A stretch of 64,000 nt of DNA, taken from the IMG/VR virus record IMGVR_UViG_3300010262_000228; one strand, written 5' to 3'. Origin of the DNA: an uncultured virus (IMG/VR IMGVR_UViG_3300010262_000228) (Duplodnaviria > Heunggongvirae > Uroviricota > Caudoviricetes). The number at the start of each line of letters is the position of its first letter. Positions within the stretch are counted from its first letter, which is position 1. Below the pieces are notes generated by a model, which saw only the letters and a program-made list of their open reading frames with translations, was not told where the DNA came from and ran no database searches. This document shows, in pieces, positions 39,146-48,391 of this stretch. The position numbers and the translations under genes are program-made.

Positions 39146-39999
39146 GAGAAAAGAACGCTGAAGCAATCGAAAGCTACTACGAGGAACTGGCTCTCCGCTT
39201 GCGGCTGGAGGGATTTACCGTTACCCGGCCTGATGACAGAAAACTTCATGTGGCACTCGGCGATACGCCCATTTGCGATGTTCATGAAGATGGCATCCGA
39301 TACAGCCGCGGGGATATTGCTTCCAGCCTCCAAGAAGAAGCTAAAGACCATGTCCTGAACCTTTCCCGGCAGGTACGAGAATACACGACTGCATTTCAGG
39401 CAGCACCCTTCTTAAAGGCCGAAAGTCTGGAGGAAGGCTATAAGGTGCTGATCGACTACCATGACACCGTTTTGGCTGCGAAGCCGAGCCAATATGGTAT
39501 GCAGTTCGTTACTTGGGATTGGGATTTCCATCACCGGGGCCTGAATCATGGCCACTACCACAACACCGATTATGAAAACGCCAAGCGTGACTTTGCCGCT
39601 CGTGCAGGCTTAGTGGAACGTTATCCTGCGTTCAACCAAAAGCAGATGGTTGAAATCTATCGCTGTTGTGAAGATACGCTCTGCGACACCTATGAGATGA
39701 CAGATGAACAGCGGAATATCATCCGGTCCGTTCAGGAAACCATTCGAGATAAGTATCCCAACATTCTCGACCTTATCCGAGAGCATGACAACATCTATGC
39801 GGAAGCAATGTTCTCAGCCCCCAAAGATCCAGAGCTGGAGGAAGAAACGGAAATCGACATTATGTGGGATGACCTGAAACCGGCCACACAGAAGCGGATC
39901 TTAAACATGCTTGGCGAGAATGGCAACTATGATATTTACCCAATCGCCACCATCCAGTCCGAGCAGGCCATGGGGCAAACCATGGAGCAGACCATGTAA
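39142..39999 (+). CDS. Hypothetical ICE protein, ends MGQTMEQTM
   Basis: VLAA....GMQFVTW......G..HGHY...Y..AK.DFA.RAGL pattern. Confidence 0.75.
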   Translation: MREKNAEAIESYYEELALRLRLEGFTVTRPDDRKLHVALGDTPICDVHEDGIRYSRGDIASSLQEEAKDHVLNLSRQVREYTTAFQAAPFLKAESLEEGYKVLIDYHDTVLAAKPSQYGMQFVTWDWDFHHRGLNHGHYHNTDYENAKRDFAARAGLVERYPAFNQKQMVEIYRCCEDTLCDTYEMTDEQRNIIRSVQETIRDKYPNILDLIREHDNIYAEAMFSAPKDPELEEETEIDIMWDDLKPATQKRILNMLGENGNYDIYPIATIQSEQAMGQTMEQTM

Positions 40000-40016
40000 G
40001 GAGGGTGCGAAATTCC

Positions 40017-40373
40017 ATGAGGATTCTTAAAGTGGAGCCAGGAGAAGCACCCTACGAAAAAGAGATGGACAACAGCTTGGATGCCATCCAGAAGGAAGTC
40101 GGAGGCGGTTTGTTCGAGCCTATCTATCTGGACAGAGACATCGTCCTCTGTTGCAACGAGGAGGGCAAACTTAACGGAATGGCTATGAATCGTCGACTTG
40201 GACAGGACATTATTTGTGGTCCGTTTTTCCTCGTCGGTGAGGATCGCCACGGAAACTTCCGTTCTCTGACCGATGAAGAGATCGCAACATTCAGCCAGCG
40301 ATTTGCTGAACCAGAACAATTCCAAGAGCATGAACCTGATGCCGAACCTCGATGGATGATCATTTCCATGTGA
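40017..40373 (+). CDS. DUF3846 domain protein
   Basis: LKVEPG..P...L.A.Q..VGG..E...CNEEGKL.G...NR...I.GPF. Confidence 0.8.
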   Translation: MRILKVEPGEAPYEKEMDNSLDAIQKEVGGGLFEPIYLDRDIVLCCNEEGKLNGMAMNRRLGQDIICGPFFLVGEDRHGNFRSLTDEEIATFSQRFAEPEQFQEHEPDAEPRWMIISM

Positions 40374-40413
40374 GAGATTCGGCATTTTACTTTTACAGAA
40401 GGAGAAATAGAAA

Positions 40414-40854
40414 ATGTCAAGATACTTCCTGCAAGATACTCCTCTCGCTGCGTGGGAGCGGGAGATGATGGCGGTCCCAGGCTTTGGCCGTCGAAGAGTC
40501 AAACAAACTGACGAGGAATCCTCGGCAGTTACTCCCGTGTATGAATTGGACTTCCCGTTCAATGAATATCACTTCCCTGTTGGAGATGGATGCTTTGTCG
40601 GCACTCTGGTCATGAAGCGCTGGAACGGGCGAAATGGTCTCAATTGTTTCTTTGATGGAGCCGATGGAACGCCGTACAAGCTCTGCGTGTGGAACAGCTA
40701 TGAGGATGGACGAGCCTACCGACCCGACTATTCCGACTTGGACATTTCCACCATGGCATTGGGCACTACACTGCGGGTTAAGTTTAGAGCCACCCGCTCG
40801 GGTAAAACCAAGTGGCTGGAAGCCGAGATTCTGGAGGTAAGCGCATGTATGTAA
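40414..40854 (+). CDS. Hypothetical protein
   Basis: AAGGAG RBS; 146 aa. Confidence 0.65.
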   Translation: MSRYFLQDTPLAAWEREMMAVPGFGRRRVKQTDEESSAVTPVYELDFPFNEYHFPVGDGCFVGTLVMKRWNGRNGLNCFFDGADGTPYKLCVWNSYEDGRAYRPDYSDLDISTMALGTTLRVKFRATRSGKTKWLEAEILEVSACM

Positions 40855-42032
40855 TAAAAGCAACACTCAGCAATTGTCAGCATCCAGAATACGGACAAGT
40901 GACCGTCCCTTTCCCCATCCCCAATGACGAATATGACAGTATCATCGAGATGCTTCGGGAGTTGGACATTGGTGACCCCAAGGCAAGAGATTGCCAAGTA
41001 ACTGATATCGACTCCCACTACAATATCCTGAAACAATTCGAAGGAAACGAAATCAACTTGGACGAGATGGACTACCTCGCCAAGCGGTTGGACAGCTTCT
41101 GTGTCGGAGAAGATGCGCAGTTTCAGGGAATGGCAGCCAAGCTAAATCTCACGGATATGACCGATTACATCAACCTGACATTCTGTTGTCAGCGAGCTAC
41201 CGTTATCACCGACTTCTCTGACTTGGAGCAAATTGGCAAGGACCACTTTATGAATATCAACGGCGGCAGTTGCAAAGTTGAGGATCTGGAGAATTTGGAC
41301 GGTGTCGAAACAGCCTACCTGCTGATTACCGAAACACCTGCCACGATTACCCCCTTTGGTGTCGTCTATGATAACGGAATGCGTCTGGAGCAGATCTATG
41401 ACGGGCAGCACTTCCCGGAATACTGGTACGGAGATACCAATCTGTCGGTCATCATGACTCCAGCAAATGACAAGAATGCGCCGGAAACCTGCCTGCTATT
41501 CCCTATGCCGGACAGCAAGGTGGAGCGTGTTATGAATCGGGCAGACATCCATTGTCCGGAGGATATGGCTCTCCGCTTCTCCAGCAGTGAGATGCCTGAC
41601 GAAGTGGATGCTTCACTCATCATAGAGCATGAAAGCCTGCGAGACATCAATCGCATGGCTCGTGCAGTCAAGGATCTAAGTAAGAGCGACCAGGATAAAC
41701 TTGCCGCCGTCATTTTATGGGCCAAACCAAATGGTGCCAGACAGGTAGCGAACTTGGCCGAGAGTCTGGAGTTTTTCGAGTTTGCACCAAATGTGAGAAA
41801 CGCAGAGGAATACGGCAAGTACATGATCCAGGAGTCCGGCCACTTTGAGTTCGATGAAAACCTTGAACAATACTATAACTACAGGGTCTTCGGTCAGAAT
41901 CAGTTAGACAGCGAAAGCGGTATGTTCACGCATCGCGGGTATGTATCCTACCACGGAGAAATGTCCTTGGAGGAACTGATGGTAGAAGGTCCCCCTGAAC
42001 AGGAGTTTGGTATGGGAGGGATGTCATTTTGA
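40845..42032 (+). CDS. Acidic ArdA-like anti-restriction protein, ends EQEFGMGGMSF
   Basis: Very D/E rich; EEYGKYMI..SG...ENLEQYYNY..FG...GY resembles the ArdA C-terminal domain. Confidence 0.55.
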   Translation: MYVIKATLSNCQHPEYGQVTVPFPIPNDEYDSIIEMLRELDIGDPKARDCQVTDIDSHYNILKQFEGNEINLDEMDYLAKRLDSFCVGEDAQFQGMAAKLNLTDMTDYINLTFCCQRATVITDFSDLEQIGKDHFMNINGGSCKVEDLENLDGVETAYLLITETPATITPFGVVYDNGMRLEQIYDGQHFPEYWYGDTNLSVIMTPANDKNAPETCLLFPMPDSKVERVMNRADIHCPEDMALRFSSSEMPDEVDASLIIEHESLRDINRMARAVKDLSKSDQDKLAAVILWAKPNGARQVANLAESLEFFEFAPNVRNAEEYGKYMIQESGHFEFDENLEQYYNYRVFGQNQLDSESGMFTHRGYVSYHGEMSLEELMVEGPPEQEFGMGGMSF

Positions 42033-42775
42033 GAACACCGACCAACCTCCCCAAAATCAAACGGATTGCCCATACATTACTGAATACCGATATCAAGCTG
42101 ACCAACTATTCTCCGGTGATTGTAAAACATCCCTTCACCAACAGCGGAATCAGCGCGGTGCGTGGTGAAAACGGAAACTTGGTAATGGTTGACCTGGTTA
42201 ACAAGCCAGAAGACCTTGCCGCTTGGAGAAAGCAGGTCGGCGGGCTGATTGACAGTTCTAAATCCGCCTATGAAGTCTATCTCATGGTGGACAAGACCTA
42301 CTCTCTTGCTTTTATCAAGTTCGCAGAGCCGTTTCTATCAGATCAGGATCTGGGACAGATTTTATCAAGTGCCTGGATTGCAAATGAAGCGCCAAGCAGT
42401 GACCCTAACATAAACAAGCGCAATCTCGTTTCGCTGTTCAGATCCATTCCTCATGAATACCTCATGGACGCAGAGGAACTTCAGCAGCTTGAAGAACTGG
42501 AAGATCCCGTTACCATCTACCGTGGTGTCCGCTCAGAAAAGCAGAAGCACATCAAAAATCTCTCCTGGACACTGGATAGAGAAAAGGCAGAATGGTTTGC
42601 ACATCGTTTCAGCAGAGAGGGAACCGTGTACGAAGCACAAATTGAAAAGAAACATATTCTGGCTCTGTTTAATGGTCGTGGTGAATCAGAGGTTGTTGTA
42701 GATCCCAAATATCTTCAAAATCTTACCGTGGCCATGGAGCAGGAGCAGGGGTTTCAAATGGGAGGGATGACATGA
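42029..42775 (+). CDS. Putative R-S-E clade ADP-ribosyltransferase-fold protein, ends EQEQGFQMGGMT
   Basis: IYRG ... LSWT....A.WFA ... GESEVVV. Confidence 0.6.
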   Translation: MRTPTNLPKIKRIAHTLLNTDIKLTNYSPVIVKHPFTNSGISAVRGENGNLVMVDLVNKPEDLAAWRKQVGGLIDSSKSAYEVYLMVDKTYSLAFIKFAEPFLSDQDLGQILSSAWIANEAPSSDPNINKRNLVSLFRSIPHEYLMDAEELQQLEELEDPVTIYRGVRSEKQKHIKNLSWTLDREKAEWFAHRFSREGTVYEAQIEKKHILALFNGRGESEVVVDPKYLQNLTVAMEQEQGFQMGGMT

Positions 42776-43905
42776 CCATGATGCTGCACTTAGTACGAGG
42801 GAATAATCATGAGGGAGCTAACCTCGTCCTGCCTGCGACACCAGCCGATGTGGGCCAAGCCTATGCGAGACTGGATGCGGTGACTCGGTATCCCGGCGAA
42901 GTAAAAATCGACAGCGTAACCTGCTCTGTGAGAAATCTTGAGAACTACTTAAAAGGCATGGATTTGGATAGACCTACGGTCATGCTGCGTCTCAATCAGT
43001 TGGCTGAGAAAGTTGAGCAAATGACCAGCTTGGAAAAGAAAATCTTCTCCGGTGCTTTGGATGGTGAGTCTATCAATGGTCTGGATGATATCCTCCATGT
43101 TGCAAGCCACCTCCACGATTATGTTTTGATTGAGGATGTAGGTTCCGACCGCAGCCTGGGCGAATACATGATTGAAACAGGGCTGTTCGATGATTGCCCG
43201 AAAGAGCTCCGTCACTACCTCGATGCTGTTGCCATCGGCGCTGAAGCCTACAGCAACTGCGGCGGTGCCTATACCCTTGATGGGTATGTGCTCCGCAAGG
43301 AAAACGCCACATTCCGCCTTGCAGAAAACCAGGACATGGGTGGTGGGCATATGGTCTTTAAGCTGTTGCTTCGCTCCCAGGAAACATCCATCAATCTGAT
43401 TCTCCCGGCCACGGAGGAACAGTTGGAGCGGGTTTTGCAAAAACTCCATATTGATGAGTTCGCACAGGCAAAAGTGGAAATCATCGATGCAATCCCTTAC
43501 GCCAAGGAACTCATTCCTGACTGTTGCATAAGCATAGAGGAAGCAAACGACCTTGCCCTGGGAATTGAAGAGATGCAACAGAGCGATGGGCAACTGCTCA
43601 AATTCTTCTCTGCTCTGGCAGTTGAGCAACCAGAAACCTTCAGCGAGGCATATCAGATTGCCCTGAATCTGGATGACTACGAACGTGTCCCGGCAGATAT
43701 GGACGAATATGGTCGCATGGTTCTGCGCCGCTCCGGTATGGATGACGAGCTGATGGACATGATCGACGGCTACATGGACTTCGCTGGACTCGGGGAGTTC
43801 TATGTAGAAGAAAATGTTGTACGAACGACTGACTTCGGTATGGTCCGGCGCTGTAGTGCCCCCTTCGAGCCGGAGGAACAGTCTTTACAGATGGGAGGAA
43901 TGTAA
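42772..43905 (+). CDS. Acidic ArdA-like protein with two internal repeats, ends EEQSLQMGGM
   Basis: L.LPAT twice; SLGEYMI..G....PKELRHYLD..AIG and DEYGR...YMDFAGLG. Confidence 0.55.
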   Translation: MTMMLHLVRGNNHEGANLVLPATPADVGQAYARLDAVTRYPGEVKIDSVTCSVRNLENYLKGMDLDRPTVMLRLNQLAEKVEQMTSLEKKIFSGALDGESINGLDDILHVASHLHDYVLIEDVGSDRSLGEYMIETGLFDDCPKELRHYLDAVAIGAEAYSNCGGAYTLDGYVLRKENATFRLAENQDMGGGHMVFKLLLRSQETSINLILPATEEQLERVLQKLHIDEFAQAKVEIIDAIPYAKELIPDCCISIEEANDLALGIEEMQQSDGQLLKFFSALAVEQPETFSEAYQIALNLDDYERVPADMDEYGRMVLRRSGMDDELMDMIDGYMDFAGLGEFYVEENVVRTTDFGMVRRCSAPFEPEEQSLQMGGM

Positions 43906-43908
43906 CCG

Positions 43909-44022
43909 ATGAAGAAAACGATGCTTATTATCACCGCAGCAGCTGCGGCCATTGGTGCCGCTGTTGCCGGTTATTTCTGCTTTGCACATCCGCAGCGGTA
44001 TGTAGGGAGGCATCTGAAGTGA
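43909..44022 (+). CDS. 37-aa hydrophobic peptide (not in ORF track)
   Basis: MKKTMLIITAAAAAIGAAVAGYFCFAHPQRYVGRHLK; GGAGG RBS; stop overlaps next GTG. Confidence 0.6.
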   Translation: MKKTMLIITAAAAAIGAAVAGYFCFAHPQRYVGRHLK

Positions 44023-44357
44023 CGAAAGAAACCTTCTGCAAAGCCATGCGGCTACGAGATCAGCAGGTCAAAAAGAACCGCGCCTTTGAGGAGTTTGTCC
44101 TCGACCATTACGACTTTCCGCGGGAACAGTACAGAAACGTGGTGCTTTCGCCTGCAATGACGGGACTTGCTCTTATCATTGCAGACTACTTCCTGATTGA
44201 CCCAAGCCTCGTCAATTACACGATCAATCTGGAAGACCGTTCAGATCCTTTCACCTTCCCTGCACTCGTTGGTTTGCAAGGCCGTCCTCCTCGTACATAC
44301 GAAGGGCTCTATGATTTATTTGACAGAATGAGGAGGAAGAAACTTGGTATCTCGTGA
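44019..44357 (+). CDS. Hypothetical protein
   Basis: Coupled start, GGAGG RBS. Confidence 0.6.
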   Translation: MTKETFCKAMRLRDQQVKKNRAFEEFVLDHYDFPREQYRNVVLSPAMTGLALIIADYFLIDPSLVNYTINLEDRSDPFTFPALVGLQGRPPRTYEGLYDLFDRMRRKKLGIS

Positions 44358-44688
44358 ATTATATCGGGCAGGAATATGGGCCTACCAGAATCAACGGAAA
44401 TTCAATCGAGAGGTCAACGATGTTGTCCAGATGATGATGGGGATTCCAGGTCCATTTGTATCGAGGGGTCCCCAGATTTGTTCTGATGAGGACATCCTTG
44501 AATTAACCATTGCTGCTGTCGAGGACACACATGGCGTAACGAAGAAACTGCTCAACGATGAGGTGTTCTACAAAGACGATACCAGAATGATAGCTATCTC
44601 CATAAGCGGAGATGAGCCTATGGAGTTCCGCATTGAGGACATCGACGATGCCTACGACTGCATTGCCGCTCTGCGCATGGTGCGCTAA
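44344..44688 (+). CDS. Hypothetical protein
   Basis: GAGGAGG RBS before TTG. Confidence 0.6.
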   Translation: MVSRELYRAGIWAYQNQRKFNREVNDVVQMMMGIPGPFVSRGPQICSDEDILELTIAAVEDTHGVTKKLLNDEVFYKDDTRMIAISISGDEPMEFRIEDIDDAYDCIAALRMVR

Positions 44689-44776
44689 ATAGAATTCTTT
44701 CCGCTATTGTCGATGGCTATTTCATACAAGCTGTGGTATGTTGTGTGCTTACAAACAGGGAAAGGAGGTGTACGCA

Positions 44777-44923
44777 ATGTCGGCAATCCCTAAGAAAATC
44801 TTAGCTGTTCAACTTCGCCCCGCTTCAGTTGATGAGGCGGGGCTATTCTATGCCCTCACGCCTGGGTGTAGCCGACACTGGTGGCCGAACGGCCTGAAGT
44901 TGAACAGCCAGAAGAACAAATGA
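44777..44923 (+). pseudogene. Short ORF, possibly an internally deleted remnant of a longer ICE gene
   Basis: Strong AAAGGAGG RBS but only about 48 codons; LRPAS.DEAGLFY and WWP motifs look like fragments of a larger ICE protein (recollection, unverified). Confidence 0.35.
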
Positions 44924-44939
44924 TAGGAGGAATCTACAA

Positions 44940-45923
44940 ATGAGCAAGCTACCACAGGGATGGCTGGACTTCCTACGGGAACAGCACCCCATTGGAAGCA
45001 GAGTCCAGGTCAAAGAAATGGCTGATTCGCAAAGCACCATTCAACCCGGAGCGACAGGTAAGCTGCTGGAGATCGAAGACGATGGCGCGTTCATTGTTGG
45101 CTGGGATCGAGGCGGCGTATCGGCTGTCACCATCGGCAAGGATCGCTTCTCTCTTCTGCAGCCGGAGCCCACAACGCTGAAACTGTATATGCCCTTGACC
45201 GCCGACCTCTATGCCTACGACGAATGGGGCGACCTGGAGCCTGAAAGCGAGGAACTGAACGGAACCGGCTTGTTACCCTACGAAGCCCAGATTGTATCCG
45301 CATTGGTAAAGTACCGCGATCCTGCAGAAGCAGAGCGTGGCATTATGAATTGGTACGATACGCAGGACAGCGTGAATGCCAAAGTCCGTTCCGCTGTCTT
45401 CACTGCTGAGATTCGCGACCACGCACTCTGGGGCGTGACCGAATGCCGGGTCATTGGTGACCTGACCCCGGACGAGTTGAGTACGCTGAAGGACTACATC
45501 ACCGGCCAAGCCGCAGACGGCTGGGGCGAAGGCTTCGAACAGCGTGAACTGCAAAACGAAGACGGTGAACTCTATGTACATCTCTGGAGCTTCGGCGATT
45601 GGGAAATCAAAACGGAGCAAGAGCAATTCGGTCCGAAGGTAGCCGAAGGACTGCCTGAAACCTGTTACTCTGTCCTGCACAGCACCGGCGAGCTGATTAT
45701 TCTCAAACGCGGTGAGTCTGGGTACTACAGGGTAGACTTCAGCTCCCCTGACAAAGAGGAGAACATGGAGCTGGCGGATCACTACAACGAAAAGCTGGGT
45801 GTCACATCCGAGCAGCGTCAGGCCATGGAAGTTGGGAGCATGGTCGGATGGAATGTACCTGGTGCCGATCCGCAGAACTATGTTTGCGAAGAGCCGCAGA
45901 TGGGAGGGATGACACTTGGCTGA
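44940..45923 (+). CDS. DUF4314-containing ICE protein, ends EEPQMGGMTLG
   Basis: LR..HP.GSRV....M.D....I.PG.TG.....D.G...V.WD.G; GQAADGWGEGFEQ; GSM.GW.VPGADP. Confidence 0.75.
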   Translation: MSKLPQGWLDFLREQHPIGSRVQVKEMADSQSTIQPGATGKLLEIEDDGAFIVGWDRGGVSAVTIGKDRFSLLQPEPTTLKLYMPLTADLYAYDEWGDLEPESEELNGTGLLPYEAQIVSALVKYRDPAEAERGIMNWYDTQDSVNAKVRSAVFTAEIRDHALWGVTECRVIGDLTPDELSTLKDYITGQAADGWGEGFEQRELQNEDGELYVHLWSFGDWEIKTEQEQFGPKVAEGLPETCYSVLHSTGELIILKRGESGYYRVDFSSPDKEENMELADHYNEKLGVTSEQRQAMEVGSMVGWNVPGADPQNYVCEEPQMGGMTLG

Positions 45924-47526
45924 GATTTTCAAGGTCGAACTCATTTCAGAGGAGGATCTGTGCTGTGAACTTTCGCTTCCCGCAGGTGACCACCGCCTGT
46001 TCGATGCCTATGAACAGCTTCGACAGCCTCTGGCCGAACCCATCCGATGGGACATCTTAGGATGCCGGGGCTATGAGTATCTCGTCCCCTATATCCAGGA
46101 AGAGAATCTTCTTGCTGTAAATGAGCTTGCTCGGCGGCTATCGGAGATGAGCGACACCCAACGCTCTGCCTTTGAAGGCATCACAAAAATGGAGCTTGAA
46201 CTGCGGCGCGGCCCCTTCGGTGTGGAGGATCTCCTTCACTATGCGCAGAGCGTTGACCTCTGCCATGTAGTGCAGGAAGCAACAGATGATGCCTCTCTCG
46301 GGCGTTTCTACGCAGAAAATGGCTTCATTCCAGAAGTGGAAGACCTGTCCGATGATGTATTCGAATTGCTGGACTTCGCCAAACTCGGCAGAAAGAGTCG
46401 TGGAGAAGAAAAAGGCGTCTTCACGCACAATGGCTATGTTGTGCTTCACGATCCAATCGACCGCACCCCTGTCCCTGTCCAAGATCAGCCGCAGAAGCCC
46501 GTATATGTGTTCCTGCTGAAGTTGGAGCCGTACCCCTTTGAAAATGAGAGCACTACGGCGGTTGAGCTGAAGTTGCCTGCGAGTGAGGAGCAGCTCCAGC
46601 AGGCTGTCGAGAAACTTGCAGTGGGAAACTGGAGCGAGGGACTCTATACCATCGAGGATAGTATAATCCAAGATGTCTTGGATGAAAGCGATACCTTGGT
46701 TGGGCTAAGAGCACTGAACACTCTTGCAAACGAGATCTCAGCTCTCTCCCAAGACGAACTCCCCAAATACAAAGCGCTGTTGGAAGTGACACAGTGTTGC
46801 AGCGTAGAGGGGGCTCTTGAGTATATTAGAGCACTTGACCAGTACAAGATGGACAGCAATATCCGCAGTTATGAGGAACTTGCCCGTGAAGATGTCTGCG
46901 GCATTGTCGAAGCTAGTACCGCAGATATGCTAATCAGGCACTTGGATCTGACTGCTTATGGGCGAGATCTGGCAACACAAGAACATGGCTATCTCACTGC
47001 CTATGGATACCTCGCGCGCAATGACATGGAGCCAATCCATACCGAAATGCAAGAGTTCAAGGTTTATGCGATGGATGGTCATGGTGCAACTGGTGGTTTG
47101 CCAGAGGGTTATGTCGTCGCTAGAAATCAGGCGGGAGCAGAACGGTTTCTGAAAGAGCGTGGGGTAGACTTGGCGAAAGTCTGTATTGTCCCCGAACACC
47201 CTGTAGAAAGAGAGGATAGCGAAATGAATTGGTTTGATAAAGGCCGTCAGATGGCCGAAGTGAACAAGAAGTTATATCCGCCCGGCACAAGGATCGAACT
47301 TGTCTCTATGGGGAACGATCCTCGTCCCATCGAGCCCGGCACCAGAGGAACTGTCGACCTCGTCGATGATATGGGAACCCTGCATTGCACCTTCGACAAC
47401 GGGCGCAAACTGGGTGTCTGCCTCGAGGAAGACAGAATCCGTGTCATTCGAGGCCAGGAAGTCGCCCAGCAGGAACAGGCCATTGAGCCCCAACATGGTC
47501 CTGAGATGAGCGGCATGTCTATGTAA
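45916..47526 (+). CDS. ArdA-like repeats fused to C-terminal DUF4314, ends GPEMSGMSM
   Basis: SLGRFY..NG...LDFAKLGR; LDLTAYGRD; YPPGTRIEL..M.NDPRPIEPGTRGTV..VDD.G.LH. Confidence 0.7.
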   Translation: MAEIFKVELISEEDLCCELSLPAGDHRLFDAYEQLRQPLAEPIRWDILGCRGYEYLVPYIQEENLLAVNELARRLSEMSDTQRSAFEGITKMELELRRGPFGVEDLLHYAQSVDLCHVVQEATDDASLGRFYAENGFIPEVEDLSDDVFELLDFAKLGRKSRGEEKGVFTHNGYVVLHDPIDRTPVPVQDQPQKPVYVFLLKLEPYPFENESTTAVELKLPASEEQLQQAVEKLAVGNWSEGLYTIEDSIIQDVLDESDTLVGLRALNTLANEISALSQDELPKYKALLEVTQCCSVEGALEYIRALDQYKMDSNIRSYEELAREDVCGIVEASTADMLIRHLDLTAYGRDLATQEHGYLTAYGYLARNDMEPIHTEMQEFKVYAMDGHGATGGLPEGYVVARNQAGAERFLKERGVDLAKVCIVPEHPVEREDSEMNWFDKGRQMAEVNKKLYPPGTRIELVSMGNDPRPIEPGTRGTVDLVDDMGTLHCTFDNGRKLGVCLEEDRIRVIRGQEVAQQEQAIEPQHGPEMSGMSM

Positions 47527-47543
47527 CTGCAATACCTAATAAG

Positions 47544-47582
47544 CACAGCCCTGCTCGGAAGAGTGGGGCTGTGTCCATTTTG
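47544..47582 (+). terminator. Terminator-like hairpin
   Basis: CACAGCCC-TGCTC-GGAA-GAGTG-GGGCTGTG. Confidence 0.6.
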
Positions 47583-47602
47583 GAAGGAAGGAGAACTGCA
47601 CC

Positions 47603-47899
47603 GTGGAAACACCGATGGTCAAAGAGCCTACACCGGAACAATGGGAGGATCTTGCCAATGCCATAATCATCCGTGCCGCCTTTGACTATCGGGAGGTGCG
47701 TGTGGCGCTGAAAGAGAACCCTGACGATTACAGACTGCTGAGAGAACTAAAGTCAATTGAGCGCTTTTTCCTTTCCGACTGGTACCGCCACCTGACAACT
47801 GTAGACGGGAGATATATCCTGCGACGGCTAAAAAAAGAGCCTGTCGGCTGGTCGCCAGTAAAAGGCAGAATGCCCACAAAGAAAGGGGCGAAAGAATGA
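47603..47899 (+). CDS. Phage/ICE-type hypothetical protein
   Basis: LANAII..A..DYR...IERFF.S.W...LT.VDG..I..RL. Confidence 0.7.
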   Translation: METPMVKEPTPEQWEDLANAIIIRAAFDYREVRVALKENPDDYRLLRELKSIERFFLSDWYRHLTTVDGRYILRRLKKEPVGWSPVKGRMPTKKGAKE

Positions 47900-48390
47900 C
47901 GGCAGCATTGCACCTGCTCTTCTTATTTATCGCAAAGATGCTGGACAACGCTTTCAGCACCATGAAAACAATCCTTGTACAGCGCAATCATCCCATTCTG
48001 GCGGGATTGTCTCTTGCTGTATCCAGCTATCTCTACCTTATCATCACTAAAAACATCGTAACTGCCGATAGTCAGCTTTCACTGGTTGTGGTCTCTGTCG
48101 CAAGCGGCGTGGGTTGCTGTGTGGCCGTCTTAGTCAGCAACAAGCTGTCCAAAGAGAGAACCTATGTCAATGTCGTGATGTCGGATGACAAAGCAGGGAT
48201 GCAGGCATTTCGAGATTTCCTCGCCACGCACCATATCACCAATGTGGCAACCGACAGCTATACCATCGATTGGGATACCAAGAGCATCGCGGTTACGGCC
48301 TATGCTGAAACCAAAGAGCAGAGCCGCTTGATTAACGAGTACATCGAAGAGAGCGGCCTTAAGTGTAAGCGCATGATTCAGAAGACATAG
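47896..48390 (+). CDS. Membrane protein, DUF5698/DUF2179-like
   Basis: Three TM segments then a small soluble domain. Confidence 0.6.
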   Translation: MTAALHLLFLFIAKMLDNAFSTMKTILVQRNHPILAGLSLAVSSYLYLIITKNIVTADSQLSLVVVSVASGVGCCVAVLVSNKLSKERTYVNVVMSDDKAGMQAFRDFLATHHITNVATDSYTIDWDTKSIAVTAYAETKEQSRLINEYIEESGLKCKRMIQKT

Positions 48391-48391
48391 G

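Noticed and set aside
42010..45923. GGM tails as GroEL-derived fragments
   Set aside because: No other chaperonin similarity; the tails are single units on unrelated proteins.
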